64,000 nt of DNA, taken from a virus. Where the stretch lies: positions 32,001-96,000 of the IMG/VR virus record IMGVR_UViG_3300027806_000001; one strand, written 5' to 3'. This document shows, one piece after another, positions 58,637-64,000 of the stretch. A program made the translations under genes and the position numbers. A model generated the notes under the pieces. The model was not told the origin of the DNA, made no database searches, and saw only the letters and a list, made by a program, of their open reading frames with translations. How positions within the stretch are numbered: position 1 is the stretch's first letter; each line of letters starts with the position of its first letter.

Positions 58637-59269
58637 TCAGCTGAAGCGTTCGTAGCGTCGGATTATATCGGCAAATCGCTTATCGCTCTTTGCGCGGTTC
58701 CTGGCGATGGCATGGCCCGCGAGGCCGCCCAGCAGGGCGCCCAAGGTGCCCGCGCCTCCGGCCTCGAGCACCGGGGTCAGCGTCGGGCCGAACTTGTCGT
58801 GGCCCGCGGCGTAGGCGCCGGCGCCCGTGCCCAGGGCGGCCAGCAGGCCCGAGACGACGGCCCACCTGGTGGAGGTGCCGCTGATGTCGTCCAGCAGCTC
58901 GCGCTCCCTGGGGGTGAAGGACTCCTCGGCCTCCTCGAGGCGTCCCTTTTCCTTGGAGTAGAGATGGGTCTGGCCCATGAGCTTGCCGATGGCCAGGCCG
59001 GCCAGGGCGCCCGGCAGGCCTCCCCCGAGGTAGTACCCGGCTGCCGCGCCCGGCACCGCGTAGGCGCCCTGGTAGAGGGCCGTGTCGCCGAGCTCGAGCA
59101 GGCGCTCCTTGTTCATCAGCGACGGGCCGAAGTACTGCTGCTTCAGGTCCTCGTAGCCCCGCAGCGGGGTCTGTCCGCGATCGGCCTTGCCGACGGTGAC
59201 CCGCTCGACCGCGGTGCCGGGCAGCGAGGCGACGTCCTGGATGTTGCGCAGGTAGGGATCGGCCGGCAT
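58637..59269 (-). CDS. Glycine-zipper protein
   Basis: GAAAGYYLGGGLPGALAGLAIG, GLLAALGTGAGAY, GAGTLGALLGGLAG. Confidence 0.7.
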   Translation of the reverse strand: MPADPYLRNIQDVASLPGTAVERVTVGKADRGQTPLRGYEDLKQQYFGPSLMNKERLLELGDTALYQGAYAVPGAAAGYYLGGGLPGALAGLAIGKLMGQTHLYSKEKGRLEEAEESFTPRERELLDDISGTSTRWAVVSGLLAALGTGAGAYAAGHDKFGPTLTPVLEAGGAGTLGALLGGLAGHAIARNRAKSDKRFADIIRRYERFS

Positions 59270-59272
59270 TCG

Positions 59273-59782
59273 TCACCTCTTCAACTGGCCGTACAACTCG
59301 AACGGATCGACCACGCCGCGCATCGGATTTCGCTCGCTGTTCCACCGGTTGTAGGCATCGACGGCCATGGTCGGCCCCTGGCGCCGCGCGATGGAGGAGG
59401 CGCTGTCCGAGATGCTCTGGCCCAGGTGGCCGGCCTGAGCAGACTGCTTCCCAAGGCCTGACAGCGAGTGGCCGTAGGGCTGGTTGCTCAGGTAGAAGGG
59501 GGCCTGGGAGACAGGCGGAGGAACGGCTGCGGCAGGCAGGTCGGCCGGCGCAGGAGGTCCCACGAAGTCAGGATGGCCGTAGGAGATCACAGGACTGGCG
59601 GCCGGATGACGCAGGGAGTCGCGGGCTGGATTGTACGCGACCGGCTTGTTGAACTTGGTGAGGTTCTTCGCGGCCATGAACGGAGAGCTTCTGGTGGTCC
59701 GGCTGACCGCCTCGAGGAATTTGGCCACGCCGTCGGCCGGGCCTGCCGAGGACTTCACATGGTGGGAGTAGGGTCGGGTCAT
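59273..59782 (-). CDS. Pro/Ala-rich protein with PYSHH leader
   Basis: MTRPYSHHVKSSAG. ATGA-coupled to the RNAP gene stop. Confidence 0.6.
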   Translation of the reverse strand: MTRPYSHHVKSSAGPADGVAKFLEAVSRTTRSSPFMAAKNLTKFNKPVAYNPARDSLRHPAASPVISYGHPDFVGPPAPADLPAAAVPPPVSQAPFYLSNQPYGHSLSGLGKQSAQAGHLGQSISDSASSIARRQGPTMAVDAYNRWNSERNPMRGVVDPFELYGQLKR

Positions 59783-62700
59783 TCCAGGATCCTGACCGTG
59801 TCGGTCGCCGACACCTCGCCGCGGTTGAACGCCTTGATGGCGTCCTCGCGGGTGCGGAAGGTCTTGGCCACGTTCTTGTCGGCCTTCTGCCGGCTGGCCA
59901 GGTACAGGCCGTAGAGGAACTCGTTCTTGATGAAGGGCTGCGCCTGGAAGGTCGCCGCCGAGAGCAGGTTGCGGCTAGGCAGCATCTTGCGGTAGGCCTC
60001 GTCGACCGCGGCCTGGGTGCTGGGCACGTGCAGGCGCATCTGGTCGCCGTCGAAGTCCGCGTTGAAGCCGACGACGACCGACGGGCTCAGCCTAAGGGTC
60101 GGCCCCGCGGTGAGCACCGGCCTGGCCGCCATGAAGTTGTACTTGTGCAGCACGGGCGCGCGGGTGATCATCACCGGGCGCCGCTGCATCTCGGCCAGCA
60201 GGGCGCGGTTGGCGGTGGGCGTCCTGGACTCCACCTGCTTCATGGCCTCGAGGGGCGACGCCCCGCTGGCCACCAGGGCGCGCACCACGTACGGCCTGAA
60301 GACCGAGTAGGCCATGTCCTCGGGCACGCCCACGTGGTCCATGTCCAGGGACGGATCCGGGGTGATGACCGCGTTGCCGACGCCCTCGACGGTCGAGGAC
60401 AGCACCTTGCGCTGGAACATCGAGAACTTGGGGTTGCTGCCCAGGATGTGCCGGATCAGGCCGTTGACGTTCTTCTGGCGCAGCTTGGCGCTGGCGGGAT
60501 CCGCCAGGCCGACCGTGGCCTTGACCATGTTGTACAGCGCCAGGCGCTCCTTGCCGGACGCCTCCTGGCCGAGCTCGCCCTGCAGGTCCTTCAGGTTGCG
60601 GTTCATGCCGAAGAGCTCCTTGTACAGGTAGTTCATGTCGGCGACCATCTGCATGTTGCCCGTGTCGGTGATGGGCCGGAACCGCGGCGGCAGCACCGGC
60701 ATGTCCTCCCAGAGGAAGTCCGACGGCTTGAGGTTCCGCTTCGTCATGCCCTCGAGGTACGAGAGCCTCGAGATGGCGTTGCTGCGGCGCTGGCCCCTGG
60801 CGGTGGCGATCTCCTTGCGGGCCATCTCGGCCTCGGCCTTGAGGTCCATGCCGCCGAGGCGCTGCTCCAGGCCCGCCATGCCGTCCACGCCCTTGACCTT
60901 CTCGCCTGAGATGACCCGCTCGAGGTCCTTCTTGGTGAAGCCCATGAGCGACCTGACGGCGTCCTCCATGACGGGGTTGACCACCTTGGCCGCCAGGGGG
61001 AAGTGGCCGAACTTCGACTGGTTGGTGCCGAAGATCTTGTCGTCGAAGAAGCCGCCGTCGTAGGCCTTGCCGGTGCGGAAGTCGATGTCCCGCGGATCCT
61101 GGATCTCGCCGCCCGAGAGCTTCTTGACGTCGGAGCCGGTCATGCCATAGATGTTCACGGCGCCGCCCTGGCGCTCGACGTTGACGCCGGCGCCCTTCAG
61201 CTGGGAGACGAACTTGTCCCAGACGAACGGCACGTTGACCGCGGGGACGGGGGTGCCCATCTTGACCGCGCGCCAGTACTCGTCGTTCTTCTGGCCCCGG
61301 ACCAGGCGGGCGTCCTTGATGACGTCGATCGCGCCGTGGGCCAGCAGGGCGTTGATGTCGCTGATGGAGATGCGCTTGGCGCCCTCCTCGCCGCCCTTCA
61401 CGGGGGCCTCCTCGGTGCTGTAGCCTCCGAGGTCGCGGGCCGTGAGCTTCTTCTCCGCCTGGTGGTGCAGGTTCATGAAGTAGCGGTTGCCGGTGAAGAT
61501 GCCCTCGATGTTCCGGCCGAGCCTGGGATCGAACAGCGTCTCGGTGTCGGTCAGGCCGTTCTTCTTCAGCTCGCGCTGGGCCATGTCGATGTAGGACTCG
61601 TCGACGAAGGCCGGCAGCTTGTAGGGCACCCCGGTCTTCACCGCGATCTTGCCCAGGGCGGCCTCGACGGCCTGCACCGGGTTGACGCGGCTGGTGAGCG
61701 CCAGCGGGTTGAAGGCGATCTCGTAGGGGTTGCCGTCCTTGTCCTGCGGCATGTCCTTGTCGTCGACCACGGCCGAGACGACGCCCTTGTCGCCGTACCT
61801 GCCGACGAGCTTGTCGCCGACGCCCATGGGCTTGTAGCTCTTGATGGCCACCTGCCAGCCGCTGCGGGTGCGGGTGACGTCGGTGACGACGCCGGGCTGG
61901 CTGTGGTCCCAGGTCTGCGCCCGGTTGCTGTACGCCGGGCGGGTGCGCTTGACCAGGCCGAAGGTGTCGCCCTGGCGCTCGCCGACGCCCAGGATGACCG
62001 GGTCGCCGGGATTGACCATGGTGCCGACCTTGACGACGCCGGACCCGGCGTCGATGGCCTTGAGCTGCTCCTGGGAGTAGACGCCTGGGAACAGCGAGAC
62101 GAACCGGGAGTAGTCGGCCGAGTAGTCGTCCTTGGAGTCGTAGCCGATGGTGTACATGTGCTCCGAGGACATCTTCTCGGCCGCGGTCTTGGACATCACC
62201 ACGCCGTCCTCGAAGTTGGCGCCGCCGAGCTCCGGGTCGCCCCACACCGTGTAGGCCACGCGCAGGTTCTTGCCCATGGCGAGCCGGCCCTTGTCGTCGG
62301 TGTAGTTCGACTTGGCCAGGAGCTGCCCCGGCTGCACCTGGTCGCCCACCTTGACCATCGCCGTGTTGTGCAGGAACGTGTTGTGAATGACCAGGCCGCA
62401 GTTCACGGCGAAGACGTGGCTGTTGGCCACGGTGAAGTCGTAGACCCGCTCCTCGGCAGGCGCCTCGACGACCTCCTCGACGATGTCCCACATGACGTCG
62501 GACTTCGCCCAGGCCTCGAACGGACCCCTGGCGTTTTGGCGCGACACCTTTCCTGCGGATGCGTCCTTGTAGGCGCGCATCGGAACATCGTGCTCAAACC
62601 CGGCATAGACCAGCTGCCTGCTCTTGGCCGGCAGCGGTATGAACTCGAACACGGAGGTTCGGTAGGAAGAAGACCTCAACGACGAAAGTTTGAGGTTGCG

Positions 62701-64000
62701 GTCGGAATAGAGGAACCACTTGTCCAGCTTGGCCAGATGCGTCGAGATGACCCTGAGGCCGTAGGCATCCGCCCAATTCGGATTAGTGGAACTGAGCTGC
62801 CTGTCGGAAAGAACCGTGGAGAACACCCCGAGGCCGGACAGAAGATCGATGAGAGCGTCACGCATGGCGCGGGAAGTGGTCCATGCTTCCAATTGAACCG
62901 CGCCATTCGAGTCCTCGTGCAGGCATCCGTCGCCTGCGAAATAGCCTGCGACAAGGCCATGCCTGAACGCTTCGGAGCGGTCGAAGGCTCTTTCGGACGG
63001 ACACTTGTGAGCGCTGCCGTGGCCAAATTCAGCCACCAGCCACGACGCCACTTCGGAGGAGGTAAAGCTGACCTTGCCGGCGTCCGCCTTGTTGTCGTGA
63101 GGCTTCAAGCCCAGTTGAACAATCAGTTGCTCGAGTTCAGCCCTGCGAGAAGCATCCTTCACCGCGAGGATGACCATGTTCGGCTGCGAAGGCGGAACAT
63201 GGCCCTCGGCCAGGTAGATGCCGGCCAGAAGACCCCATTCGTGGGAATCGCGTTTATCGACGGAGTCCTTCGGATTGTCCATTGCGCATACCGGCAGTCG
63301 AGTCGTGCCGACCACGCACTCGTCCGGGTACAGGGGCACCAGCTTTCCGTCCTCTCCCATGGTGACCAGGGAGTGGTCCTCGGTGACGACCACGGTCCTG
63401 CCACCGCGGGTGCGCACCTGGACCATCCTGCGGTCGTTGGTCAGCTCGACGAAGGCCGTCACGGGCTCCCACGAGGACCTGCAGGTCTCCGGATCGATCG
63501 AGCGGATGAGGTCTCCTGCCGCGAAGGCGTACTGGTCCGCGCGCACGTGCATCCTGCGGTCACCCCGCAGAATCCACACCTTGGTGGACCCCTTGACGCA
63601 CTTCCTGTTGAACGGGAAGTTGTTGTAGGTCTCGTACCTGCGCTTCGTCTTGCCGTGCTTCACCTCGACGAAGTCCGGGTCGACCGCGGTGACGACGCCG
63701 GGGCCCAGCTCCTTCTCCGCCGTCACGGCCGCCAGGGCCGACTGCAGCTGCTCCTCGTAGGCGCGGCCCTCGGGATCCTCGGAGTCGAGGCCCTGCACCA
63801 GGGGCGACTCGGCGTCCCGCACCGGCAGGGCCTGGGTGAAGTACTTGCTGCCCATCAGCAGGCGGCCGCCCTTGATGCCCGACACGCCGGGCACGAGGTT
63901 CGAGTTCACGTTGAACATCGCGTTGTGCGACGGCAGCTCGAACTGCACCGCCTTGGGGTCGACGTAGGAGATCTCGCCGCCGACCATGGCGCGGACCATG
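59779..64000 (-). CDS. rpoBC: Fused RNA polymerase beta (C-terminal part) + beta' N-terminal half, intein-containing; 5' end outside the window
   Basis: Beta motifs: RLLMGSKYFTQALPV, GANFEDGVVMS, GDKLVGRYGDKGVV, NPLALTSRVN, HQAEKKLTAR, GAKRIS. In frame and with no stop, beta' motifs follow: GFFDDKIFG, PVLPPRFRP, RAPVLH, NADFDGDQM (60043-60063). Confidence 0.95.
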   Translation of the reverse strand, partial: MVRAMVGGEISYVDPKAVQFELPSHNAMFNVNSNLVPGVSGIKGGRLLMGSKYFTQALPVRDAESPLVQGLDSEDPEGRAYEEQLQSALAAVTAEKELGPGVVTAVDPDFVEVKHGKTKRRYETYNNFPFNRKCVKGSTKVWILRGDRRMHVRADQYAFAAGDLIRSIDPETCRSSWEPVTAFVELTNDRRMVQVRTRGGRTVVVTEDHSLVTMGEDGKLVPLYPDECVVGTTRLPVCAMDNPKDSVDKRDSHEWGLLAGIYLAEGHVPPSQPNMVILAVKDASRRAELEQLIVQLGLKPHDNKADAGKVSFTSSEVASWLVAEFGHGSAHKCPSERAFDRSEAFRHGLVAGYFAGDGCLHEDSNGAVQLEAWTTSRAMRDALIDLLSGLGVFSTVLSDRQLSSTNPNWADAYGLRVISTHLAKLDKWFLYSDRNLKLSSLRSSSYRTSVFEFIPLPAKSRQLVYAGFEHDVPMRAYKDASAGKVSRQNARGPFEAWAKSDVMWDIVEEVVEAPAEERVYDFTVANSHVFAVNCGLVIHNTFLHNTAMVKVGDQVQPGQLLAKSNYTDDKGRLAMGKNLRVAYTVWGDPELGGANFEDGVVMSKTAAEKMSSEHMYTIGYDSKDDYSADYSRFVSLFPGVYSQEQLKAIDAGSGVVKVGTMVNPGDPVILGVGERQGDTFGLVKRTRPAYSNRAQTWDHSQPGVVTDVTRTRSGWQVAIKSYKPMGVGDKLVGRYGDKGVVSAVVDDKDMPQDKDGNPYEIAFNPLALTSRVNPVQAVEAALGKIAVKTGVPYKLPAFVDESYIDMAQRELKKNGLTDTETLFDPRLGRNIEGIFTGNRYFMNLHHQAEKKLTARDLGGYSTEEAPVKGGEEGAKRISISDINALLAHGAIDVIKDARLVRGQKNDEYWRAVKMGTPVPAVNVPFVWDKFVSQLKGAGVNVERQGGAVNIYGMTGSDVKKLSGGEIQDPRDIDFRTGKAYDGGFFDDKIFGTNQSKFGHFPLAAKVVNPVMEDAVRSLMGFTKKDLERVISGEKVKGVDGMAGLEQRLGGMDLKAEAEMARKEIATARGQRRSNAISRLSYLEGMTKRNLKPSDFLWEDMPVLPPRFRPITDTGNMQMVADMNYLYKELFGMNRNLKDLQGELGQEASGKERLALYNMVKATVGLADPASAKLRQKNVNGLIRHILGSNPKFSMFQRKVLSSTVEGVGNAVITPDPSLDMDHVGVPEDMAYSVFRPYVVRALVASGASPLEAMKQVESRTPTANRALLAEMQRRPVMITRAPVLHKYNFMAARPVLTAGPTLRLSPSVVVGFNADFDGDQMRLHVPSTQAAVDEAYRKMLPSRNLLSAATFQAQPFIKNEFLYGLYLASRQKADKNVAKTFRTREDAIKAFNRGEVSATDTVRILE
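62380..63600 (-). mobile_element. Intein with LAGLIDADG homing endonuclease, 407 aa, in the RNAP beta moiety
   Basis: Starts C-VKGST, block B VTEDHSL, endonuclease motifs GLLAGIYLAEG and GLVAGYFAGDG, ends VYDFTV...VIHN followed by Thr. Removing it restores FNRK/TFLHNTAMVKVGDQV, which aligns with RpoB SNQNTCINQ.P.V..GE.V. Confidence 0.93.

Noticed and set aside
59779-64000. Host chromosomal rpoBC operon or a cyanobacterial-type rpoC1/rpoC2 split
   Set aside because: The sequence is highly diverged, lacks both Zn sites and has no ribosomal-protein neighbours. It is embedded among phage genes, and the split falls before TTVG rather than after it as in cyanobacteria.
1-64000. Phage-nucleus (chimallin/PhuZ) system or stop-codon reassignment
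   Set aside because: No tubulin or shell-protein motifs were recognised in this window. Genes are intact and densely packed under the standard code.

Overview
The window is a 64-kb segment of a large, high-GC tailed dsDNA phage genome. Essentially every real gene is on the minus strand; the one exception is a plus-strand HNH endonuclease. Three blocks are visible. (i) 1-30.1 kb is a virion morphogenesis block: long tail fibre, neck proteins, HK97-type major capsid protein, decoration protein, scaffold, prohead protease, head/core proteins, a Cys-rich ALK/LTK-like Gly-rich adhesin, and the C-terminal half of an RNA polymerase beta' subunit. (ii) 30.2-56.9 kb is an early/accessory block of small, translationally coupled ORFs. 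It holds two metallophosphoesterases, a pyrimidine-dimer glycosylase, DUF6948, twelve (Gly-X)n low-complexity ORFs (eight in one tandem array), an operon of a methyltransferase-like gene, three helical-repeat proteins and an SF2 helicase, tRNA-Arg(CCT) and the HNH gene. (iii) 57-64 kb holds five glycine-zipper proteins and a fused RNAP beta + beta'(N-half) gene with a LAGLIDADG intein, truncated by the window edge. The most notable observations are the fused/split and apparently zinc-free RNAP, a K-x-A motif enriched in head proteins (likely maturation cleavage sites), the repeat-protein/helicase operon, the (Gly-X)n gene array with repeated junctions, and two candidate promoter classes (TAAACA-N16-KAKAAT, and -10-only TANAAT). 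All family assignments come from motif recognition by eye; no database search was run.
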